A stretch of DNA of 64,000 bases from Octopus sinensis (taxonomy: Eukaryota), in NCBI RefSeq assembly GCF_006345805.1, contig NC_043004.1, positions 93,930,001-93,994,000 on the forward strand, in the 5' to 3' direction. The translations under genes and the position numbers were made by a program. The notes below the pieces were generated by a model. That model was given only the letters and a program-made list of their open reading frames with translations, had not been told where the DNA came from and made no database searches. Each line of letters opens with the position of its first letter. Position 1 is the first letter of the stretch. This document shows positions 12,254 to 24,995 of the stretch, piece by piece.

Positions 12254-12682
12254 AGGTGCAGGAGAGGCTGTGTGGAAAGTAGCTTGCTTACCAACCACAT
12301 GGTTCCGGGTTCAGTTCCACTGTGTGGCACTTTGGGCAAGTGTCTTCTACTATAGCCTCGGGCCGGCCAAAGCCTTGTGAGTGGATTTGGTAGACGGAAA
12401 CTGAAAGAAGCCCGTCGTATATATGTATATTTAAATACATGTATGTGTGTGTATATGTTTGTGTGTCTGCGTTTGTCCCCCCCCCCCACATCGCTTGACA
12501 ATCAATGCTGGTGTGTTTACATCCCCATAACCTAGCGGTTCGGCAAAAGTGACCGATAGAATAAGTAATAGGCCTACAAAGAATAAGTCCTGGTGTCGAT
12601 TTGCACGACTAAAAGGTTGTGCTCCAGCATGGCCGCAGTCAAATGACTGAAACATGTAAGAGAGTAAAAGAGTAAAGAGAGA
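12254..12682 (+). mobile_element. SINE family C, full length
   Basis: Head, cactttgggcaagtgtctt core, internal (TA)/(TG) tract, gtaaaagagtaaaagag tail. Confidence 0.9.
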
Positions 12683-14193
12683 ATGTGTCAACCTTTCCCA
12701 CCAAATTCTATCTAATGTAGATGAAACAGGTCTTTTTAGAAAAAAAGACACAATCCTGGACTTCCTTCTTTTGAAAAGAAAAGGGATGCTGTGTTCAAGG
12801 TTGGAAAAGATCATATCACACTATTACCTGGTAGTATTGCTTCAGAAGGCATTTTAACCAATGTACTTTTATAATTTAGAAGCGTCACGGATCAATGACG
12901 GTAATAGAAAACATTACCATCTTGAAATTGGTAATCATACAAGAAAGTTTAAGAAACAAAAGAAAATTTCACACAGGAGCTGCCATACTTTTGTTCTGCA
13001 GTGAAAAGATATTGCGAAGGATATAACCTTGAAGCTAAAATATTGCAGGTGATTGATAATATTTTTCACTACCCAAGAATCTAGACACTCCATAGACCTG
13101 AACTTCTATCGGAAACAGTTTGCCTCTCACAAGACATCACTAACTTACTGACATCTATAGGTATGGGTATACGTCGTTGTACTTTCAAATAACTTGTTGA
13201 AGAAACAAGCCAAATAATCTCTCGAGGACTTTCGGAAAATTGCCATATAATGGAAGTGTTAGGTATTATTTAAGCAGTCTGTAACCTTTTAATTGAGAAC
13301 TGCATGGACAGAGTATGACCAGAAGCTATGGTTAGAAGTATTCAATGATTCTTATGGATTTGACGAAGAAATAGTTTCAGTAGTCATCATTTACATCGTT
13401 GAACTGGCTAAAGAAGGGAAAATACAAAACTAAATTCGAAGATTTCGAGTTATTGCTATAGTCTTACTTTAAGATGTTATCTTTGAAGAGCTGCAGGAGT
13501 TTGTGAGGCAATACCTGCAAAATGGGCTGAAAATCATACTGCGGAATCAGTAACCACCGAAAGATTGCTTATTAGCGAATTTCTCATTAAAAGCATCACC
13601 AAACTTACGAAAATCGGATGCTAGTTAACTGTAAATAAACTTGAAGGGAATGCAGCACGAAGATAAAGGGATGTGTTCTGGGCATGATACGATACTGTCG
13701 TGAACTACTTTGTGGGAGTTGTCTCAAGAAAAACACAGCTGATTTTAACTGAACACTCCGAAACGCAACATACTTGTGAGGTCGAACCAGAACCTCTGTT
13801 CGCATCCTAGATTTAGTATCTTCTGTTCTACTTCACACTGTTGCTTTGCAGTGGAATTAATAGCGAGTATTTGTGTGTGTATTAGTGTGTAAAACTGATT
13901 GATTTACGTTTAATAATGTTATATTACCATTAGAACTTAATGAATTAAAATAACCTCATGCAATATGATATTAATCACACTCTGTGAGATCATCGAAAGT
14001 TATAGCGTTGCGTTTTAAGGAACGCTTGTAGTTCGCTAACTGTGCACTCAAGAAAACGTATAGTAAATGATCCACAAGCACTCAAGTAAACTGAGTCCTC
14101 AACTTGTTCCATTTGCCAAAAGAGTTTGCAAGGCACCAGCGGGTCTCAACGGATTTACAGAAACCTCATTTGTCGTTCATGACAAGAGAATCC

Positions 14194-14224
<31 letters not shown>

Positions 14225-14228
<4 letters not shown>

Positions 14229-14619
14229 TCTTTTTACTCTTATTTCAGTCATTCGACTACGGCCATGCTGGGGCACCGCCTTTAATCGAGCAACTCGACC
14301 CCGGGACTTATTCTTTTGTAAGCCCAGTACTTATTCTATCGGTCTGTTTTGCCGAACCGCTAAGTAACGGGGACATAAACACACCAGTATCGGTTGTCAA
14401 GCAATGCTAGGGGGAAAACACAGACACACAAACATACACACACACACATATATATATATACATATATACGACGGGCTTCTTTCAGTTTCCGTCTACGAAA
14501 TCCACTCACAAGGCTTTGGTCGGCCCGAGGCTATAGTAGAAGACACTTGCCCAAGGTGCCACGCAGTGGGACTAAACCCGGAACCATGTGGCTGGTAAAC
14601 AAGCTACTTACCACACAGC

Positions 14620-14622
<3 letters not shown>
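14225..14622 (-). mobile_element. SINE family C, near full length
   Basis: Reverse complement of the 12254 and 39733 copies. Confidence 0.9.
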
Positions 14623-14657
<35 letters not shown>

Positions 14658-14725
14658 GAGAGAGACACACACACACAGAGACAGACAGACAGAGATAGAA
14701 AGAGACAGAGGAAGGCAGAGAGACA

Positions 14726-14750
14726 TAGATAGATAGATAGATAGATAGAC

Positions 14751-14830
<80 letters not shown>
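14726..14830. repeat. (GATA)n microsatellite
   Basis: Direct reading. Confidence 0.95.
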
Positions 14831-15149
14831 TGACAGACAGACAGACAGATGCTTTCTGTGCGTGCAATATCTATTGTTTGCAAAGGAATGGAGGATTACA
14901 GGAATAAGTGCTTAAAACATTTTTTAGATGATAAATAAATAAATAAACACAAGTATCTGGAGCATCTGGAATAATACTCAAGCGATATCAAATGAAAACT
15001 GTTGAACTGTACTGGCAAGTCGCAACTGTTTTATAAAAATTAACGGAACGAAAAATACAAACAAAACTGACGCGTAAAAATGAAGGTTAAGGGAAGATTT
15101 ATACCGGGTGTTTTTTGGTTTGTTTTTTTGATTTTTTTCGATAAAGATA

Positions 15150-15317
15150 AACAACAACAACAACAGAAAAAGCAACAACAATGAAGCAGAAGAAGAAGAA
15201 GAAGAAGAAGAAGAACAACAACAACAACAACAACAACAATAACAACAACAACAACATATATAGTAACTCGCTACCACATAAATCCTACCAGGAATAAGAC
15301 CGAACCTGTGTCAAATC

Positions 15318-15370
<53 letters not shown>

Positions 15371-15430
15371 TAATAATAATAATAATGATAAATAATAATA
15401 ATAATGATGATGATGATAATAATGATAATA

Positions 15431-15480
<50 letters not shown>

Positions 15481-15492
15481 ATAATGATAATA

Positions 15493-15577
<85 letters not shown>

Positions 15578-15730
15578 TAATAATGATAATAATAATAATA
15601 ATGATAATAATAATGATAATAATAATAATAATAATAATAAGAAGAAGAAGAAGAAGAATAACGATAACAACAACAAAGACGCCACCGACGGCAACGACGA
15701 CAGCGATGATAATGATGATGATGATAATGG
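15150..15730. repeat. Compound trinucleotide microsatellites (ACA/GAA/AAT/GAT)
   Basis: Direct reading; source of the poly-H/Y/I/S pseudo-ORFs. Confidence 0.95.
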
Positions 15731-16248
15731 CGACTGAAAATAAGCGTAATAAAGGTAAAAAAATAACATAAAATCAAATAAAATTTACAAATTGCGAAAC
15801 AGCAAATTTCAGCTTCGGATTAGTATTAGTGCAAAAATGCTTGCCGAGCTAAATGTTTTTATTCATCTCGAACAACTCCAATTAAATCTTATGAATTACA
15901 AAGCGAGTACATTGTTTCGAAAATTTTTGTTTAGACGCCATATTGGATTTCTATAACTATTCTTTTTTTTTTTCTTTTTTGGCTTCTTTGTTTGTTTTTT
16001 TTCTCCTTCTATATACAAGTAATTCAAAATGTTTCGTTCAGATATCATTTTAATTTTTCTTTTAACGAGTTTCTGCTCTTGTTTTTGTTCAAGGAGGTGA
16101 CGGGGTAGGTGCTATTCGGAGCATTTGCTTTTGGCATGTATATAGGTCCATTATATAAGCAAGACTTGATACATACGTTCATAATATACACAACCTCTCC
16201 CTTTCTCCCTCCATTTGTATCTCTCTACTTATGCATATATATATATAT

Positions 16249-16294
<46 letters not shown>

Positions 16295-16309
16295 TAGATA
16301 GATATGTAG

Positions 16310-16386
16310 ATATGTTTCTTTATTAGCCACACAGGGCTGCACACAGATAGAACAAATTACAAGGTAGAGCTTTTCTTTTGAAGGTT
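16310..16386 (-). mobile_element. About 75-bp tail-only retroposed unit, second copy
   Basis: Reverse complement of 5088-5162; flanked by tatctacatatcta (minus strand) on both sides, a possible TSD within repetitive sequence. Confidence 0.6.
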
Positions 16387-16459
16387 TAGATATGTAGATA
16401 GATAGATAGGTAGATAGATAGCAAGATACATATATATATATTATGTATGTATGTATGTA

Positions 16460-16492
<33 letters not shown>

Positions 16493-16652
16493 GTATGTAT
16501 ATATAGAGAGAGATTGATAGATATGTATATATACATACATATATATACACACACATACAAACACACACATATATACACACACACGTAAATATATATATCA
16601 TATGTATTATAAACATTTATGCAGTTACACACGCACACACACACACACACAC

Positions 16653-16686
<34 letters not shown>

Positions 16687-17344
16687 GATATGAATGTGTA
16701 TATATATATATATATATATATCAATATGCATGTCCCTGTGTGTGTATGTGTATGCGCGTGTTTGTGCGTGAACGCATATATGCATTTTATTCATGCAGAG
16801 CTAGATGCATATACATAGTAACAGGTAAAGTTAAGATTGAGAAGTGTAGAGGCACTCGATTGATAACATGCTAACACACGCGCGTGAACACACATATACA
16901 TACTCATAGATACACAAGCAACCCTCGCCCGCGTACAAACACATGCAGAAATGGATATAAGCTTATATGTACGTACGTATGATTAAATTTTTTATCTGCC
17001 AATGTCTATAAGCTATGCACAATTTATAGGAACAGCTAACGTATGTATATAGGTATAGATTATATATAATGAATTTCTGTTCTCTAATGATTCTATGTAC
17101 ATAAATATATATACATGATATCAACACATATGAACGTGTAAATACACTGTCAGTTTTACAGAGCTGATACGTATGTACATTGAGGCATCATCATTTGTGT
17201 TTGTAATTATGTCTAAGTATGAATTATATATTTATGTGTCAAAAATTTATGAATAATATGCATGTGTGTGTATAGATGTATATGCGTGGTTGTGTATTTT
17301 GGTGCGTGAAATATATACATATAAATACACATGCGTAAGTAAAT

Positions 17345-17785
17345 ATGTATGTGTGTACGTGTGTATGTATGCATGTATGTACGTATGTATGTATGTATGT
17401 ATGTATGTGTGTGTATGTATGTATGTATGTATGTATGTATGTATGTACGTATGTATGTATGTATGTGTGTATGTATGTATGTATGTATGTATGTATGTAT
17501 GTGTGTGTATGTATGTATGTATGTATGTATGTATGCATGTATGTACGTATGTATGTATTATGTATGTATGTATGTATGTATGTATGTAGTATGTATGTAT
17601 GCATGTATGTACGTATGTATGTATGTATGTGTGTATGTATGTATGTATGTATGTATGTATGTGTGTGTATGTATGTATGTATGTAGTATGTATGTATGCA
17701 TGTATGTATGTATGTATGTAGTATGTATGTGTGTATGTATGTATGTGTGTGTATGTATGTATGTATGTATGTGTGTGTGTGCACG
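17345..17785. repeat. (TATG)n microsatellite, about 440 bp, interrupted
   Basis: Direct reading; source of the 244-248 aa pseudo-ORFs. Confidence 0.95.
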
Positions 17786-17899
17786 TATGTAAGTACGCAT
17801 GTATATATATATATACATATATATATATTATATATACATATATGTTTATATGGGAGTGTGATATACATAAATACATATATATACATACATATATATATA

Positions 17900-17932
<33 letters not shown>

Positions 17933-18561
17933 CATACATACATATATATATACACACACACACAAGCACACATACATACACACATGTATCATATTTGGGG
18001 CTCTAAGTATTTGACACTTCCAAACATATACATAGATAGATACGTACGTAGTATGCATGTTTGCATGCATACATATCTATACGCATATGTACACATGCAT
18101 ATATGCATATGTACACATACATATACAGACGTACATTGACAATATGCGCGAATCCGCAGAGTATATGCACACATATTAAACATGTATGTATGAATATTTT
18201 CATATGATTAACTCTACCACACGTATGCAAAACGAAAGAAAGATAATGCCTATGTTTGCACTGATCTATACAAACATATATGCTGAACTTGCCTGCAAAA
18301 AGCACTTGCTTACATCTTTTCTAAAACTAATATTTAGCATGAATTATCGCAGGGTCTTTAATTCTGCCATATATATGATGAATATTTATAAATGATGTTG
18401 ATATTTATAAATATGTATATATGATTTATTCAAAGATCTAAAACATGTTTAATATTACATCATGATAGGATGGTGGTAGGCAGAATGAAAAGTGTGCCGC
18501 GTAAAGTGCCACACGGTATTAAGCTTCGTTTGATTTCGATTGTTGTCGTTGTTGTTATTCA

Positions 18562-18601
<40 letters not shown>

Positions 18602-18662
18602 GTTGTTGTTGTTGTTGTTATTGTTGTTGTTGTTTTTGTTGTTGTTGTTTTTGTTGTTGTTA

Positions 18663-18694
<32 letters not shown>

Positions 18695-19391
18695 TATCAT
18701 TATTATTATTATTATTCATCTGAGTTCAAATCCTGCAAAGTATATCGTATTTTTTTCCTTTGAATCCTGACTGTGTCGCTAAAATAACTGCTTGTAGTAT
18801 TATTATTATTAGTATTACTAGTATTAGTATTAGCAGTTGTAGTAGCCACAGCAGCAACATCAGCAGTGGTGGTGGTAATACTTGTTGCTATTGCTCTTGT
18901 TTATCTCCAAAAAAAAAAACATTTTTGTACGCATGAGATCTACGATCAAAGGCATTCCAGCCGTGAACAACGCTTTAAAAAAAAAAAACAAGATGGTGGG
19001 AGGGTGCGATCTGATGGAACATTTCGCCGCCATTACGACCAGTCAGTCAGAGACCTCCTTCTCCGATTCAAATAAATACAAATAATTTAGTGATGTCGAA
19101 TTTTTCTGGACTCTATCATCACCACGTCATCCATTTCGAATCCAAGGCATTGTGCCAGGATTAGATATTAATATTACATCATATTCGCGAACATTACTAA
19201 TGAATTTGGGAAGTAATACACCACCGAAGGCTATACGTAATATTATTAATCTTACAGCAATAAACCCAAACTTTCATGACGGGTAATAATCAATGTTGTC
19301 ATGGATACCGAAACCGATTTTCATTACTCGTTTCTAGTTATTTCATTTCACATTTCTTATATAATGTCCGTAAAATGTATGTGTATATACA

Positions 19392-19992
19392 TATTTCTTT
19401 ATTACCCACAAGGGGCTAAACATAGAGGGGACAAATAAGGACAGACATAGGTATTAAGTCAATTACATCGACCCCAGTGCATAACTGGTACTTAATTTAT
19501 CGACCCCGAAAGGATGAAAGGCAAAGTCGACCTCGGCGGAATTTGAACTCAGAACGTAAAGACAGACGAAATACCTATTTCTTTATTACCCACAAGGGGC
19601 TAAACACAGAGGGGACAAACAAGGACAGACATAGGTATTAAGTCAATTACATCGACCCCAGTGCATAACTGGTACTTAATTTATCGACCCCGAAAGGATG
19701 AAAGGCAAAGTCGACCTCGGCGGAATTTGAACTCAGAACACAAAGACAGACGAAATACCTATTTCTTTACTACCTACAAGGGGCTAAACACAGAACGGAC
19801 AAACAAGGACAGACAAACGGATTAAGTCGATTGTATCGACCCCAGTGCGTAACTGGTACTTATTTAATCGACCCCGAAAGGATGAAAGGCAAAGTCGACC
19901 TCGGCGGAATTTGAACTCAGAACGTAAAGACAGACGAAATACCACTAAGCATTTCGCCTGGCATGCTAACATCTCTGCCAGCTCCCCACCTT
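19392..19992 (-). mobile_element. SINE family A head-to-tail trimer (one full copy plus two headless 184-bp units) within one TSD
   Basis: Junctions gacgaaatac|ctatttcttt at 19574/19575 and 19758/19759; TSD (t)gtatgtgtatataca(t) at about 19377-19391 and 19993-20007. Confidence 0.9.
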
Positions 19993-20024
19993 GTATGTGT
20001 ATATACATGTATGTACATACAAGT

Positions 20025-20264
20025 GAAGGCGCGTGGCTTAGTGGTTAGGGCATTCGGTTCACGATCGTAAGCTCATGAGTTCAATTCCCGGCGACGCGTT
20101 GTGTCCTTGAGCAAGACATTTTGTTTGTTTGTTTGCTCCAGTCCACTCCGCTGACAAAAGTGAGTTGTACCTGTATTTCAAAGGGCCAGTCTTGTCACAC
20201 TCTGTGCCACACTGGATCTCCCTGAGGACAACGTTAAGGCTACACGTAATCGTGGAGTGCTCAG
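20025..20264 (+). mobile_element. tRNA-derived SINE, family E, 3'-truncated
   Basis: ggcgcgtggcttagtgg A-box, gagttcaattcc B-box, gtgtccttgagcaagaca core; same family as 23648. Confidence 0.85.
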
Positions 20265-20535
20265 TCGATAAATTAAATACCAGTTACGCACTGGAGTCGA
20301 TGTAATCGACTTAATCCGTTTGTCCTTGTTTGTCCCCTCTGTGTTTAGCCCCTTGTGGGTAGTAAAGAAATATGTATTTTGTCTGTCTTTACGTTGTGAG
20401 TTCAAATTCCGCCGAGGTCGACTTTGCCTTTCATCTTTCGGGGTCAATAAATTAAGTACCAGTAGCGTACTAGAGTCGATCTAATCGACTGGCACCCTCC
20501 CCCAAAATTTCAGGCCTTGTGCCAAAAGTAGAAAA
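20264..20535 (+). mobile_element. SINE family A tail joined to a headless family B unit
   Basis: aaagaaata|tgtattttgtc junction at 20372; ends with the ccctcccccaaaatttcaggccttgtgcc tail. Confidence 0.85.
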
Positions 20536-20599
20536 TAATAAGTTTGAGTCATGATGCCTGAGTTTACGGTTCAAATTATCAACAGGACATTAGTTTTAA

Positions 20600-22720
20600 T
20601 AAATTGATTTTTTTAGTCCTATTTTGCCGATGTAGTTACAAAACTTATCTTTTTTATATTTTTTGTTAATGCCAAGGATATATCAATTGAAATTAGAACG
20701 TCATTAGTAAAGGTCAATACAGAACGTTTTACAACAGAAAAATCTGCTAGATGGCCTATTCTCGACAATGTAACCATTTCTTTTTTTTTTCTAGAGATAA
20801 ACAACATTATGCAATCCATATCAATTATGGAGGTGCATGTTAGCGTCCTTGAAATATGTTTTAAAATGCTGCAAGATGATATAAGACGTTGTAAGACGTT
20901 TAGAATCATGTGGTGGAAGAATATAATTATTTGTTTCAATTAGTGTAGGACATAATAGCGTTAATTAACGAATTTTGGCACTTGATAAAAAAATTACGAT
21001 ATCCTGAATTGTTGTCATGCTTACACAATCAGTTATCATTTATAAAATCCACAAAAATTTCCAGCGTATTGTCTTTCCATGAGTGCCACGAATCTATACA
21101 TATTCTTCATAATATCTCTTCGGTAAGATTTCTATTTTGCTTGAAGCTTGACTGAAGAATTAGAATTAATTCCTTGTTCTTAATCTTAGCATTAGTCCTA
21201 ATGAAATTGATAATCCTCTTTAATTTTACGCAAAACTTGTTTCTTTTCTTTAGAAACGCTAGTAGCATAAACTTTGTGCATTCCTCATCTTCAAGACTTG
21301 ATAACAAAAATTTGCCACAAAAATTTCCTACAAAAACTTTTTGTACATCCGACGGGATTTTCGTCCGATCTAACTGATTTTCACAAACAATTTTAATTTT
21401 CACCCTCTTTAATTCCTCACGAATTGGTTCAGCTGATATTTGAAGCACACTTTGCAAGCTGCTAATCAGTTCTAAGTCGTTTGTAGTTGTTGGAACATTT
21501 AATAACTTTTAAAAACCAAAGTAGAATCTTTGTTATGTGATACTCAATGGCATCTGCCGTTAGCTAAGATTAGCTTGCTTTTCTGTCAGTGATCTTGACA
21601 ATATCTTCCTTAATCTCCTGTATCTGTTCAGTTTTATGGGACTGCACAACTTCACTGGTTAATTCTCCTGGTGTTCTTTCTCATCGTAGTTCGAAGGTAG
21701 TAGGATTATCTCATCCTTCTCCAAGCTATATCCAGACAGCGAACTTAAAACTGCAAAATAACGAAACTTGTTAATTTCAGAGCGGTGACTTATTCCCCAA
21801 CCTGTTGCGCATTCTCACTACCACTTGAGCAGAGCCATTTTTTTCTTGTTTAGCTACTTATCCAATAAGTATCTTAACTCTAATTAATGAAGCATTCCGC
21901 GGGTCATTACAGCTTAAGAAAGCGAAAATTCTAAAAACTATTCAGCAACTGGCATCACATGTGAAATATTTATACAACTACGGTGATGTATAAAACATTT
22001 ATGGTTTAGAAAAAAACAGGAGTTCGAGTTAGGCTGGCTTTCGAATGAGAAATACAGCCCGTTGCGAAATTTACAAATTGTATTCAAGCGCATATCTTCA
22101 TACTCAAAGCAAAGGCCCTTAAGCACCTTACTTTTTAGAATCATGAAAAATACTTCTAAAAGCTTCTATTGAAATTAGCAAACGGCTCTAATAATGGCAT
22201 GCTCTCTTCAAACAGTTGAGCTGAGAAATTCTTCTTGACATTGTCTTTCTGTGAACTGCAACAGAATGAATGTTGATAAATTGGATTTCTATATGAAACC
22301 CAAACGTGTTATAAAACTATCATTTCACAAACACATTTACGGAAATGCCAACATATGGAGATAGACGATGGGGCTCCAAGCTTGCAGAATCTGAGAATCG
22401 ACTTCAATCTCTTATTAACTACTTCAAGTATTCCGTGGATTTATTTGATGAAAGGTATTGTCAAAACATCCTAACCACTCCGAAATGCTTGCATCTCACA
22501 GTCTGGATAGGTGGTGCTGCGAGCTGATTTAGGTGTAGTTACACCATTTGTCTACAGCGAGAAATTTTCTCCATGACGAAACACAGTGAATGGCTTGCTA
22601 ACGGATTCGAACGTGCCACAAGCATATTTGAACTGGTAATGACATTTCATTTATACATGGCATTACTTAGTGCTCCCGGTATATCATTGTGAGGAGTATT
22701 CAATCGTAAAGCTTGATAGT
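20600..22720 (-). mobile_element. Possible highly degenerate hAT-like DNA transposon relic
   Basis: Interrupted frames with weak resemblance to hAT transposase motifs (HKCFIHH, INFIRTN, KWLCSSG); motif order is not fully consistent. Confidence 0.3.
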
Positions 22721-23592
22721 GCCTCAATAGAAGCTACTCAAGCTTCTACGAGTCATCCTTTGGCATGTCGTTCTGGTTTCGTCAGAGTAGGGTAGTATCC
22801 ACGAAAAGTTATCGGCATCCATCACATATGCGATTTCCTATTACAGTCTTATGGTCTCCTTATACAGCTTTCACAGTTTTGGTGAAAGCTTTGATATTAA
22901 TAGTTTCTGTTCTACAGTTAATTTTGAAATGCAATTCCATCCTGATTCTATTCAGATACCATGTATCATGATTAAAATCATTCTTTTCGTGTCAGATCTT
23001 ACACCGCGCTGATTTACGATGCTCAAGAGAGGAGGAGATAATTTTATGCAAATGCTATGCTTGCAGAAGAGAAGTTAACGTCTGACTAAAAACGGTTCAC
23101 GGGTGTAGTCGTTTAGAGCGATGGAATAGTTCAGTTAACATCTCGTATTCATGTGTGTTATACTCGCAAAGACTTTAAGCATCTCCGTGTTCGTAAATTA
23201 ATTAAATTAATTAAATTTACGTGACACACGAGGGTGTCGTAAAAGTCTGTCCTGTTAGTTATACAACCTCAGCGGGGAAAATAAGAGAGAGATTGACTGG
23301 ACAACGATTTTCCTTGATTTCATCTCTTACTTGTTTCAATTACTGGACTGTGACCACGCTGGGGAGCGACCCTGAAAATCTTAGCTGGACAAATCGACTC
23401 CAATACTTATTTTTTAAAAGTCTGGTACGTATTCTGTCCGTTTTTTTTTTTGCAGGCGACATAAACAAAGCAAACACCGGTTGTCAATTAGAAGGGAGCA
23501 AACATTTATATGCTTGATCACTTCTAATTGACATACACACACGTAAATACATATATACTTACACAAATACACAGACACACGCAGACACACAC

Positions 23593-23630
<38 letters not shown>

Positions 23631-23647
23631 TTATTTATATGTGAAGT

Positions 23648-23962
23648 GAAGGCGCGTGGTTTAGTGGTTAGGGGCATTCGGCTCATGATCGTAAGGTTGT
23701 GAGTTTAATTCCCGGCGGCGCGTTGTGTCCTTGAGCAAGACACTTTATTTCACGTTGCTCCAGTCTAACTCAGCTGGCAAAAATGAGTTTTTCAAAGGGC
23801 CAGCCTTGTCACACTCTGTGTCACGCTGAATCTCCCCGAGAACTATATTAAGGGTGCACGTGTTTGTAGAGTGCTCCAGCCATTTGCACGTTAATTTCAC
23901 GAACAAGCTGTTCCGTTCATCGTATCAGCTGGGACCCTTGTCGTCGCAACCGACGGAGTGCT
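23648..23962 (+). mobile_element. SINE family E, near full length
   Basis: tRNA-like head; 3' half (aagggccagccttgtcac...cgacggagtgc) shared with family D. Confidence 0.88.
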
Positions 23963-24159
23963 CTTTCATATATATATATATATACATACAAACACATGCG
24001 CGCACACACACACACACATATACACAGACACACACACGACTGGTTTTAACACAGCTATGCATGCGTCTTCATCAGTAAGCGAATACTCGACATTTTAAAG
24101 CACTGTGAAATAGTATGATGCTTATAATGATGTGTTTATATGTACAAACATGCATATAT

Positions 24160-24234
<75 letters not shown>

Positions 24235-24560
24235 AGAAGGCATATATATATATATATATATATATATAACAAACATAGTTTTTAGTTTGTGTTATAAGGA
24301 TCGTCCATTAACCCCACCCTATAACGTTTATCTATATTATCTCCTCCATCAAATTGAAATAAGATGTGAGCTCGCAAGTTCTGGATATAACCTTGGACTT
24401 TACTTTTTTTTTTTTTTACTTCTTACCATTATGGACTCTGATGAAATTTTGGGGCTCAATTTATTGTATAATTTTGTGTGCATAATTTTTGTCTGATGTG
24501 TCAACTTTGGCATAGCGGACCATCAAAGTAGAAACAGCTGTAAGAGTAGAGTTGTATTTA

Positions 24561-24767
24561 TTTACTCTTTTACTCTTTTACTTGTTTCAGTCATTTGACT
24601 GCGGCCATGCTGGAGCACCGCCTTTAATCGAGCAACTCGACACCGGGACTTATTCTTTTTGTAAGCCCAGTACTTATTCTATCGGTCTCTTTTGCCGAAC
24701 CGCTAAGTAACGGGGACATAAACACACCAGTTGTCAAGCAATACTAGGGGGACAAACACAGACACAG

Positions 24768-24823
<56 letters not shown>

Positions 24824-24995
24824 CATATATACGACAGGCTTCTTTCAGTTTCCGTCTACCAAATCCACTCACAAGGCATTGGTCGGCCCGGGGCTATAGC
24901 AGAAGACACTTGCCCAAGATGCCACGCAGTGGGACTGAACCCCGAACCATGAGGTTGGTTAGCAAGCTACTTACCACACAGCCACTCCTGCGCCT
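24561..24995 (-). mobile_element. SINE family C, full length
   Basis: Reverse complement of the family consensus, from cactcctgcgcct to ttactcttttactc. Confidence 0.9.

Noticed and set aside
12820-13830. Possible decayed transposase or integrase-like region
   Set aside because: Single copy, no diagnostic motif or termini I could verify.
15311-15777. Poly-His/Tyr/Ser/Asp ORFs of 134-153 aa
   Set aside because: They are translations of a compound trinucleotide microsatellite, open in several frames, with no splice or codon signal.
17239-18139. Longest ORFs in the window (244-248 aa)
   Set aside because: They are (TATG)n/(CATA)n translations.
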